From assembly GCA_014728075.1 (NCBI GenBank), contig WJMG01000019.1:1-60060 (forward strand): a stretch of DNA of 60,060 nt, in the 5' to 3' direction. This document shows positions 10,501 to 22,500 of this stretch, piece after piece. The notes below the pieces were generated by a model. The model was not told the origin of the DNA. It did not search any database and was given only the letters and a program-made list of their open reading frames with translations. This stretch comes from Candidatus Omnitrophota bacterium. Its GTDB lineage: Bacteria > Omnitrophota > Gorgyraeia > Tantalellales > Tantalellaceae. The translations under genes were made by a program, and so were the position numbers. Within the stretch, counting starts at the first letter, position 1; the number at the start of each line of letters is the position of its first letter.

Positions 10501-13500
10501 TCCGCTTCGGGCGGAAGCGCGGTCTTCGTGTCGTTCCCGGCGGGGACACCGTCCAGACTCAGGCTCACCCACGGCCCTACGCCCCGGCAGTTCGGGAAAT
10601 CACGGAGTATCTCACGCAGGAACTTTTCCCCGCCTCCGTACTTTACGACAAATTCGTTAACACTGAACTCTACATCGTCCGGCACGGACATCAGGTATTT
10701 TCTGCATTCCTCCAGATATATATCGGGATCCTCTTCTTTCCGTTCTCCGACATAAGCGTGCAGGTCCAGAACTACATTATTCGCTCCGATCTCGTTCACT
10801 ATACCGACCGCCAGGCCTATTTCGGTCAGGGTGAAGCCTATGTGAAGTTTCTTGCCCCGGGCGGCCTGGTCCTGGGCCAGCTCTTTCAGCATCGACACTA
10901 TCATATCTCTCGATACGGGATCCGGCTTCTCTTTTCCGGGAGCCGGCTTTCTCAGGTGGTATATACCCCCTTCTTCGCGGGATACGATGTGTTCGGGCTC
11001 GTTGACACTCCATATTATGTTCTCGTCGTCACCGTATTCGTCCAGCAGAGCCACCGCCCGCCGGCGGGTATTCTCGAGGCTGTCCTCCCCTCCCGATACC
11101 AGCACAAAATCAATGAACACTACTTCCAGCTTTACCCCCGCGCGGCGGGCTATACCCAAAAGCGCTTCGAACTCCCTTTCAAAAGCCCGTCTTCCTCCCG
11201 GGGTATCGAAATCGAGGACTTTCCCTATGTTCACTCTCACCGCATCGTACCCATGTCCGGACGCCGCGAAAGACTCGAATCTTCGCCTTACCTCCCCGAT
11301 GTTCTCTGTAACGGCACCGGGAACGAGGTCAAATCCGACCTCTTTCGTTTCAGGGGGCGCCGGCAGCCTCCAGTTCCGGGTGAACACCGCCTGCCTGACG
11401 GGGCGTTTCTTCGCGTCAGCCACATAGACTTCCTCTATCTCCACGCGTCCCGAAACCTCGTTATCCGTCTCGAACTGGGCCCCGACGATCGTTATCTGCC
11501 CTATATCCCGGGGAAGCTCCATCTCCGCCCTAAGGGTGTCCCCGGAGACGAATATGTCCTGTGAACTTTCTTCCATTGCCATAAAATAATCCGGCGCGGG
11601 TCCCTTCACGAAAAGCCGAACTCTAGCGGGCGTCGAAGCGTCCGTGAAACCTTCCGGCACAGAGAACCTGACAACGAGTTTTTCGTTCTCCTCCACAGTC
11701 AGCGGCGCCGCCAGTTCGAAGTTCACTCTGCCCCTCTGCCTGTTCGCGTCCGAGGAAGAGAAAGCCGCGTCGATCACCGCCGCTTTCTCTCTGGACTGAG
11801 AAGCTTGCCTGAAAGCGGCAACATCGAGCATATCCGGCGCGGGCCTGTCCACATATACTTCCTTTACTCCCAGGTCTTTCTTTTCCTCTTCATATCCCGG
11901 AGCCATGGCCCTGGACGCTTCCGCCGCCCGCCTGGTCATGCTCATGTGCTCCCTCCATATCCTCATGGCCTCTTCAGGATCTATCCTCCGGTCAAGGTCC
12001 GGCCTGCCTATTATCCTGGGATTGGCCAGCTCAAGGCGTCCTATCGACCTTTTCTGCGAATACCCGTTAAGCAGCAGATACCCCCCCGCTACCGCGTCGG
12101 GGTCGAAATCCTCTATAGTCGGCATGGTCTTTTCCGAGGCCATGGACAAAGTCCCCCAGTTCCCCTCCATGAAGCGTATGCTCCTGTAATCGGCTTCGTT
12201 GTGTTCGTCCAGTTCGACCTTTGTGGGGATATTGAGCCTGGCCCTGCCCCCCTGCGCGCAGATGCCCCCTTCCTCGCCCAAAAGCTTGAGTTCCAGGTAT
12301 TTCCCCTTCAGCTCATCCCGGGAAGACGGGTCCGGCAGCCTTACATCCACGGCAAAGACCTCCCTGTCCGAACGCATTCTCCTTGCTTCGGGAAACATTA
12401 TCCTGACCCCGCCCTCGGTCCTTTTGACATCGAACACGGTCCGGGGCAAAAGGTCGTAGAAAAGCGAATACCCGTTGACCACATTGGGGATCTTCTCGTT
12501 GGGAAGCACCATGTTGTTGGGGCTCACGCCGAACGGGACCATGTCTCCGTGGATGTGCCGCCAGTCAACCCCGAAAAGTTTTCGATAAAGACCTCCCGCG
12601 TCCTTTATCACTCCTTTCTTTTCGAGCGCTGAAAGAGTGTGTTCGAAGTTTATAACATAGTAGTCGAGATGCCACTGGGGGTACGCCTTCCCCGACGCCT
12701 CCAGCCGCTGCATCTCCATAAAGGCCATAAGACTGTGGAACATCTCTTCGGTTTCCCGGCTCATTCTGCCCTCGGTTTTCCTGTCCCTCTCGGCGGCGTC
12801 CTCGAAATCCTTGAGGTAACCCCTGAAATCCTTAAGAACCTCGAGAGCCCTTTCACCGTCACGATCGAGGACGGTCCTCGAAACTTCTTCCCCGGGAGCG
12901 AGCTCGTCGGATATTATCCTGTAGGCCCTTCCTGAGGGGTCCTGCTCCTCCACCATCACCCTTCTCTCGGTCTTCGTCGCTATGGCCCTTGCCATGCGGG
13001 CCCTCTGAAGAGCGTCGGGCCCCTGGTAGAGGTAAAGTATCGCCCCCGAAGGGAGTATCAGGAACACCAGGGCCACGAAACCCCGCTTCAGGTAAGGCAC
13101 TATTTTAGAATCCCAGTAATCCCCGGCCCTGGATAAGGCCCCGGTTAAAGAAGATACCACCCCCAGCCTTTCCGTTCTTATCTGAGTCTTGCCGTGCCAG
13201 GGAAGTTCCTTCACCCTGCGGGGGATCATCACGGAGAACCAGGACGGCATCCTTTCAGCCATACGGAAAAGACGAGCGCAATTCCTGACCAGGAACCTTA
13301 CCCTCGAGAGGGCGGAGCTTCCCAGCCTTGCCCGCGTCAGGGCCTGCCGGCCTCTCCACCATACCGCGCTTATCATCTTCGGAGAGAAGAACTGGTAAAT
13401 GGCCAGCACGGCCGCGAATATAAGGTGGTTGAAATACTGTATGAGAAGCGGAGATTTCATTATCCATACTATGCCGTGCCTTGATCGCCTGCCCACGGTG

Positions 13501-16500
13501 GCAATAGGCTTTCCGGTCACCCAGCTGTAAACCGTCAGTCCGAGGTCGATCGCGGAAAACACCAAAAGCGCAGCGGCGCTCTGCCACGGGATAGCGCTGG
13601 TAGCGTAGAGCAGAAGCCCCGCGGCCCCGACCGCAAGCCCGGCAAAGAACCCTACCCAGCCCAGTCTTATCTCTCCCCTGACCATACTTTTAAGCTCTTT
13701 AGCCCTTTCCACGGCCTCGTGCACGGCGCTCAGCGCCATTATCCTTTCCTCAAGCGGGTCGAGGTACTCCCTTCTTTCCGCTTTCCTTATCCATTTCCTG
13801 TCAGCCAGCTGTTTGAAATCGCCGCCTTTCAGGAACTCACGGAAAGAAGCGAAATCCTTTCCGAACTGCTTGTACTTTGCCTTTCTCCATACAGTGAAAA
13901 GGTCTTCGAGCCCCGCGAAAGAGGCGACGAAAGCCTCGCCGTCAAAGATATTTTCAAAAAGCTCCTCTTTTTTATCCTCCATTTCCGCTATGTAATCGTC
14001 AAGGACGGAGAGGACCTCTTCGTCCTCGGAATAATTGATGTTCAGCCTGTCCGCCGGGACACCCCTTCTTCTTTCCAGGACCTCCCGCATCCCGAAGAAA
14101 CTGCTGTAGTCCATGTCCTCGATACCGAGAAGGTTCCTGGCCGCTTCCCGGAGCATCTCCTCGTCCTCGAAGCTTTTCCTTACGGATGTCATCACGCCCA
14201 TGAAGGTCTGTATTACCATGGGACTTGCGAAGATCATGGCTCCTATGGCCGTGGTCACCAGCCAGCCGTTCAGCATGGGCACCGTGCCCTGAAGCTGCTG
14301 GGCGGTGTGCATGAGAAGAACCCCGATATCCCCGAGGAACGGCATGGGAACATTGGCGAAAAGCAGGATCAGAAGGTACAGGTCGGTTATCAGGAACATG
14401 GCACCCGCGGCAAGCGCCGCAAGCGTGCCTGAAGCGAGATGGGTGACGAACTGGAACCTTACATAGCCCCACAACAGGCCCACCAGTCCCGGACGGCCGG
14501 CCATGGATACTATCGGGTCCAGGTCGTGCTGCATCTGCTTCAATATTCCCGCTCTTTCAAGGGCGGGGTTGACTACGAACCTTCCGGCTATGTAGAACAG
14601 CCATCCGAAGACGAAGAACCCGGCAAAAGCCAGCAATATGCCGTTCAGGGCGAACTGCGAACTGCCGAGAGCGCCCCACACCAGGCCGAACCCGAGGTAT
14701 TGCCCGAAGAACATCATGGCCGCGGGCAGATAGCTCAGTGTGGCCGAAAAGGTCTGCATGGATATCCACCTCGCCCTCTGGAACCACCAGGGAGTCCCTA
14801 CTTCGGGCAGGGCGTCCTCGAGTATCTGGGTATATTTCCCCTCGAGCCGTGTGTTGGGTATACCGTAAAGCGCCGTCCTGCGGCCCAGCTCGGAATCCTC
14901 GATTATGTTATACAGGTCCCACACCCCGGGTATACTGTACTTGTTCAGAAAATCCCTGAAAGCCGAAGCGGGCTTGAAAACGGAAGGTTGTCCGCTGAAC
15001 ATCAGGGTGATCCTCTTCAGCACCGCCCGGTACCAGGGCATCCTTCCTATCTCTTCCCTTACGGCGGCCCTTTCCACATCTATCTTCTCTTTCAGCGGGA
15101 ACTGGAGCATCTGGTGGTGCATCCTCCTGGAAAGCGGGAGCGCTCCCACAACGAAATTCCTGTCCCCGTCCATTATAGCTCTCGAGCCGGCAAGCCTTTC
15201 CCACCTGAAGTTGTTACCCGTTCCGCCCAGGAAAAGGAATCCGAACTTGGTCTGTCCGGGCTGTATGGTGGAATGCCACAAAAGATAATCCATGTGTGAT
15301 TTTTCGCTCAGCAGCGGATCACCTGTCGGCACCAGCCTCAGCTCCGACTGTATGACGAAAGGCGTATGGCGTTCCCTGAACTCGGATTCTATAAAATGTC
15401 TTCTCGGGTCATCGACCCTGGTGACATGTTCGGACTCGAAAAGGAACGATTGCGAAAGCGCCCAGGCCTTGAAAAGCCCCCGTTCTCTCTCGATGTCGGA
15501 ATTCTTCCAGGATAGTACCAGGTTGATATCCACGGCGTCGCCCATGAGAATGCCGTTTATGTCGGAATCACTGAGCCCGTACCGCCTTTGTATGCCGGCT
15601 AGCCTGCGCCTGTACTCCTCCTCAACGGCTCCGAGGGCGCTTTTGTCTATATCGTACGACCAGGTCTTCACGAAGGACCATAGCTGGTATTTGACCCTGT
15701 CCTCCGCGTTGCCGGAGACCAGCAGCGAAAGCGCTTCCTCGAAATCTTTTTCCATTAGGGCGTCGAACTCCCCGGCCGTCGTGGTCCCGGACTTTTTCCT
15801 GAGAGACGAGAGGACATTGTCGAATTCTCTTCCCAGAAGACCCTCTTCGCGGCTGAAATCTATACCCCACCTGTCGACATCTTCCTGGTCTATACTTCCG
15901 GGCGCTTCCGGGGTACCGGCCTGTTCTTTCATCACCCGCTCCCTCATACCCCACACGCATATCTTTGAGCTCAGGTTCAGCATGCCGAGACGGTCCTCCT
16001 GGTCCACCAGCTCCACCGAATACGGCGGTTCGAGATCTTTTTCCGCGTAATACCTTTTGGCCATGGCTATACAGGCCGAGTTCATAGGCGGTTTCATGCG
16101 GACCTTTCTCGGGTTCTTGGCGAAATTGATCCCCCATTCCGGGAAGGTGAAAACATGTATGTTGTTCCTGAGATGGTAAAGTTCCCCCATCTCCTCCGGA
16201 CCCCGGTCAACTCCTTCTTCGTTTCCGTAAACGGCCCTGTAGCAGGACCCTATGCCGCCGGCGTCGTCGTTGTCCAGCGCGAGTATATAATCGATCTCCC
16301 CCGGCCAGGAAGCGTTGGCGCTCTTTATGGTCTGCTTGATGTTATCGCCCGCGTCGGAGCTGAAAACGGTGTCCATTACGGCCAGCTTGTGAAAAAGCGG
16401 TACCGGCTCTACTCCTTTCTGCACGCGTCCCGCGAGTTCGGATATCTCCTCCTCGGTATACATCCACTGCCCCTCGCCAAGCTGTATGTCAAAAACCCTG

Positions 16501-19500
16501 CGGGCCCTTGAAAGATCACCGGCCGTGGCTTCCTCCAAGAGATCGGCGTTCCTCTTGAAGATCGTCAGGAATCTTTCCCTGGCGAGCAGCCGCCTTATGG
16601 CGTCGAGGTCCATTTGTGAGATTATATCGGAATTATCTATAAGCCCTTGCGCATCCAGCACGGAGGGGTCTTCTATCGAATCCATGAACTCGTCGTCCAT
16701 GCGAAGCACATCCACCAGGTCTTGCCTTCTCGCGTTGTTGATGAGGTAGAGTATCAGATGCGAGTGCGTGTCCATCCTCAGGCGATAAACGGCCCATTTT
16801 TCTATCGGTTGTTTTCTAAGCAGGTGCAGCCAACCTCTTATCCCGGAGTACTCCATAGACACCTTTCTCCAGACCTCTTTGGCGTTCCCGCTGGTGATGA
16901 TATTGTTTCTCATCGCCGCGGGGGTGTACCGGGTGCCGTTCTCGGCGTCTTCCGCCATCATGGACGCTTTCACCTCGTTAAGCATACCGGAAAGCGTCTG
17001 TTCGGGTATGTACCTGAGTATGTCGCGGTCGGTCACCATTTCGCCTCCGCCGAAAAAGAAGCGCCTTATTCCGGATATTCCGGGGACCCAGCTGAACAAA
17101 CCCAGGGTTTTTCTTATGATCCTTCCCGGCAGGCCGCCGGCTATCCTTTCGCTGCCCGTAAAATGCCCGGCCGCGAAAAACGCGACCTTGATCAGCATGT
17201 TCACCATCGTATAAGCGAATATTATCGAAACACCCATCGTCATGGCAGTGATGGGTATAGTGTATGCGGGCGCGTCCGACAGGCCGAACGAACCGACCAT
17301 GAAAATACGGATACCCATGGCGATCCACGGGGAAGATATGAACAGCGGGGCCATTATCAATATCACCGGGACCAGCCGTTTCAGGGATTCGACCATGCTG
17401 GTGCTTGCCGGGCCTACTCCGCCGAAACCCTTGATCCCCATCACATTTCCGGTCTCCTGGGCTATCCTGTTCTTGTCCTCCTCGTCGGCCACCACGGCAA
17501 GCTCTTCACCGTATTCTCCCGTACGCCCGAGCTTGGTTATGTTGTTCATCCGGCTCAGTATCTCGGGCACGAAAAGAGGGATGGCCGTCATCGGCACCGT
17601 CTGCCAGCTCATCCCCCTGTACTTCAATAGCCCGTTATGGGCCTCATCCTCTCCGAGTGCCCGGTAAGGCCCGTCCCTTGAGTACCATGCCTCGCGGGCA
17701 TCTTCCCGGCCTTTCGGCACGGGCATCAGACCGTAGAAGGTATCCTGCCCGTCGCTGCTGCGGCGCACCTGGTCAAAAGCCGGCCCGCGCATCCAGAAGG
17801 TAGGTTGCTGCGCCCTGAGAGGTGAAATGCCGTAATGGGCTTCGGAATGCATCGTAAAACCACTGTTCCTGGCGCTGTCGGCCATGAAATCCATCCACAT
17901 TATACTGTAATCGGCGTAATCCAGTATGTTCATCGGCATGGTCCTTACCTGCAGGGCGTCGCCCGCGTCCCCGAAAGGAGCCTGCACGGTGACCGAAAGT
18001 ATCTTCCTTTTTTCTTCGTCAGTGAGGTCAGTTCCGTCGAGAGCCTCCAGAACTTCCGCCCTGAACTCCTCCAGGGCTTTCTTCATGTCGAGAACGACCT
18101 GCCGCTGCCTCACTCTCTGCAAAGCGCGGTCCAGGTTGGGGATCCTGCCGGCGGAAAGCAGTCTGGGGAGATAACTCACCAGGTCCAGCGCCACATAAAT
18201 GTTACGGCTGAGGTCAAGCCACGCCCTTTTTTTCCTGTTCTCCCAGAGCGTAATGTCCGCACGGAGATCCGCGAGTTCCTCTTCCGCCTCTACTACGCTT
18301 TTCTCCAGGCGGTCCGCCTCTTCCGGGTCCGCTTCCTTCACCGCAAGGGCTTCCCTCTTTTTCCGCCCGATATCTGACTCAAGCGCTTTCGCCCGCGCCC
18401 GTAAGCGCGAGGGCTGGCCAGAGATATAAACGATCGCCGCCTTGGCGATGAGGTAGAGCCCTCCCAGCGGCACGAGCCCAAGGGCCATCAACACGGCCGC
18501 CAGCATATGCACCTGGAAACCCCAGGGAAAAGCGGTAGCCATCAACAGTGCTCCCGAAATAAAGAACACCGCGCCGAGCTTATTGTAAGGCACTCTCACC
18601 GGAAACTTATTTCCCTTCTCGCCGTACCTGCCTTCTTCTTCGTTCCATACGACCCCGTACGGGTTGAGCTTGATATGGGCATCCTCGTATTTCCGCGTCA
18701 GATCGGACCCGGCCTCCGACAACGCCTGCCTTACTGAGACGATGTCCTCGAGCTTGGCCCCGTCGACCCCGGGCCTTACGACGGGCCTTAAAACCTTTCT
18801 TTCGGCCTCTTCCCCGGCTTCTTCGGCGGATTCTTCCACGGCCTCTTCCTCGCCGGCAGTAAGACCCGCGGACGCTTCTCCGGCACCTTCCGAAGGCCTT
18901 CCGCCTTCAGGCCTGCCGCCTGCATCCCGGCGGCTTTGACGGGCCTTATCCCCGGAGATCAGCCTCCTTGCTCCGCCCAGGAGCTTACCGGCAAGGCTGA
19001 CAGCCAGAAGTCCAGCGAGAGTGATCCCGAACACCCAGCCGAAACTGACAGCGTACCTTATGGCTTTTCCCCTGAAAAGCCTCGCGCCTACCTGGTCCAT
19101 TGCCTCCTTCAGGGTCAGACGCCCTTCCATGAGGTCCGCCGTTACCTGCATGCGCACCCTTACATCCACTTCTCCGAGATCGTACCTCGTTGAATCGGAA
19201 GCTATATCTCCCACCAGCTTGAGAAAAAGAAGCCTTTCCGCCGCAGGCGACATCCGCGCTTCCGGGTCCTCCTCGACGAGAGCGAGCTTCTCGTTGGTCA
19301 GGTTGGCTTCGAAAAAATCCCTCAGCAGACCTTCCTGTGTTTCCGAGGCTATCATGCGCATCTTGGGCAGGACATCGGCGCCGTATGTCTCAGCGAGATA
19401 AATGAGCTGTCCCAGCGAAGCGTTCCCGTTCTGATCGGAAACATCGAAGAACTCCCGGGCATCGACGGCTTCCTCCGCCCCTGTCCGGTTATACATCTCC

Positions 19501-22500
19501 GCGACCAGAACGCCCATTTTTTCGACCGCTTCGGCGGCTGCCAGGCCTTTTTCGGCTATAACGCCGTCCATGCGGTTCTTCCACCTCATCATTGTATAAT
19601 AATCCTTTTCGGGGATATCCCTCATTTCGCTCCCGTACCTGCCCATGAGCCGTGCAAGCTGGGGCCCGAACACATCTTCGTAACGGGCCGGCCGCCCCGT
19701 GTCCTCGACCGAAAAGGAACCGTCGTTGAAATCGACATCCTTTCTAACTCCCTGTATCTTCCTGTCCGGATCAGGCACGGTTATGTCGGTGCCGGGCGCG
19801 TATACCACGGTAAACCGCTTAACCCCCCGCGGCAGTTCGCTGAGTTCCCGTCCCTCCCAGTAATAGACGCCGTCCTCTGTATAGAACACTCTTTGCCTGC
19901 TGATAAGCGTCCGTCCGCCGGGATACACCAGTTCGTTGTTCTCGTCGATGAACACACCCTCAACGAGGCGTTTGCTCGGAAGGGGGCTCCCGTCCGGGCG
20001 GCAGGGAGAAACGAACACCGATCCGGCCAGGTCGCCGGTGAAATGCTGTACGAAGAGAAGTTCGGGAACACCTTTTTCGTCAACACCGTAAGCGTACCTC
20101 GTAACATCCCTTTCCGCTCCTACCACTCTTCCGTCATCGAGTATGCGCACGCCCTCGACCTCGCCTATGGCTCTCGAAGCCTCGTTGGCAAGGGCATCGT
20201 AAAGGGATTTGAATATCTTCCCTCCTTTGCCTGTGGTTATGTATACCCGTCCTGTCGTGTCCAGCACATACTGGACCTTCGGGTCCTCGACATCGTCGTA
20301 CCCTATCTTGAGTATGGTCACCTCGAGCCCGTCGATGTCCACTATGAAATCCTCGTTATCGAGCGACAGGAAACTTTTCCTGAGTTCCGCTCCGGTAATA
20401 TCAGAAAGTTTCATCACCTCGACCGGAAAAGATATATTATCCGTGGCCAGCCTGGCGACGGTCAGGTTAGGCCTGGACCTGTAGGCCTTGAAAACACCTC
20501 CACGGAGATCTTCCGGCACATACTCCTCGTCGACATATTTGGTGTAATGGTAGTCGCCCCTGTAACCTATATATCCGTACGGCTTGCCGGCAAGCAGCGG
20601 GACCTCATTACCTTCAGGGATCTCTATACCGGTCCTTATCTCGAAAGCCACGGATCTTTCTTCCGATATGGAACCGTCCCCGTCGTAGCCCAGCCTGTAT
20701 ATGTAGGTCAACGGTTCCACCTGTTTAGGCGCGAACCTCTGGTCCCTTTCTATGTAACGCTCCCTGGCAAACCTCAGCACGGGCCTGCGCGAAAGGTCAT
20801 CGTAACCGAAATCGACCACTTTGACCTCAACGGCTTTCCTCTCTCCGTCCACGGTGCGGAATTCCCTGAAGGTGCTTCTCAGCGGAAGGCCTATCTTCAC
20901 CGTGGGCGTGTCGGTAGTAAGGTATGTCCCCCCGGCCGTGGCGAATTCCGTCAATACTTCCCCGGTATCGCTGACCTCTTTTATCGAGCTTACCCTGTAA
21001 GCCCCTTCTTCCCCGGGAGCGCCTTCCGGGTCAAGGTAAGTAAAGACCTTTTCCGGACCATCTCCTGTTTTCTCCGACCTCAACTGGTTGGCCGCGGTCC
21101 TGTAGAACTGCCGTTCCGTGACGACATCTTCCAGCCCCCCGGCCAGGAAACGCCTTTTTACGGCCCTTTCCCCTGACTTCAGGGCGGTCCTGGCGCCTTT
21201 ATCATCAAGGTAATAATCTATGGTGGTCTTTTCCGGGAAGGCGTTGAGAGCCAGCCTGTCCCCCAGGGAACGCATCCTCCTCCTCAGCTCTCCGGCATCC
21301 GGAGGCAGGACAAGGTACATCTTTTCGAGCAGTTCGGCGGAATCCTCCCAGCGAGCCTCCTCAACGAAGCCCTTGAGTCGTTCGAAAGCCTTTTCAATCG
21401 TTATCCTTCCCTGGAGGATCCCCATCCTGGAAGCCATGTATTTCTCATAGACCCCGGTATCGCTTATCTGCTCGAGCCGTTCAGTGACAGCGCCCAGAGC
21501 CTCGGCTATTTCTTCAGGAGTGTACGGCCTCCGGTGATCCACTACCCCGCTCAACAGTCCGTCCCCGTAATACTCGTACTCCATTTCCAGGATCTCTTCA
21601 CCCGTTACTTTTCCATCCCTGACGGTCACGCCGGAAACCTCGTTCTCGCTGACACCCCGCTTCTCCGCCGAAGCGGTAAAGGTCCTGCCTTTCATCTCAA
21701 GGCCTATACCCGCTCTTCTCAAAGAGGGGTTCTCACCGGCCTCCTCAAGGACCTGCCCGTCATCAGTATATTGCGTATATATTTTCCCTCCTCTATACCC
21801 GATGGAGGATATTATTCTCACGCCCGAAAGGTCGGGTTCACGGCCGGGAACGATCTCAAGCCCCATTATTTCGTTCACCGGGTTCTCAACATCTCCGGCG
21901 GGGGCCACGAAAGTCCGGCCGGCTGCCTGGGACTGGCCTATCTCCTGAAGAAGCTCAGAAGTGCCCTCGTAGTGTATGTATACTTTCCCCCCCAGGTAAG
22001 CCATTTTTGAAAGCACCTTCTGTCCCGTCACATCGGCTTTGCCCGGGTGGACCTCGACGCCGGAAACCTCCATGACCGGCCTGGTCAGATCTCCGGCGGC
22101 GTAAGCGAAAGTGCGCCCGGCAAGCCCGGGGTCCTCTCCCGCTTTTCTCAGGACCCCCTCGTCTTCCGAATAGCTGACATACACCATTCCGCCCGCTATT
22201 CCCGCGGTCTTGACCACGGTCCCTTCGTTAACCACTTTGCCGTCCCTTATCAGAGTATCCGTAAGTTCCATTATAGCGGGGCCCTCCCCTTCGCTTCCGC
22301 GGACAAAGGTCTTCCCCCTGTTCGGCCCCCTTTCGTAAGAGGTCCATATACGACCCTCACCGTCGTAAGCGATACGGCTTACGACCTCCTCCCCGGAGGG
22401 GTCGGCTCTACCCTCGACAACATTTACACCACGGACTTCCATGAACGGCCGATCCACGCTGTCTTCCGCGGCCACGAAAACCCTTCCGGCAAGGCCGGGG

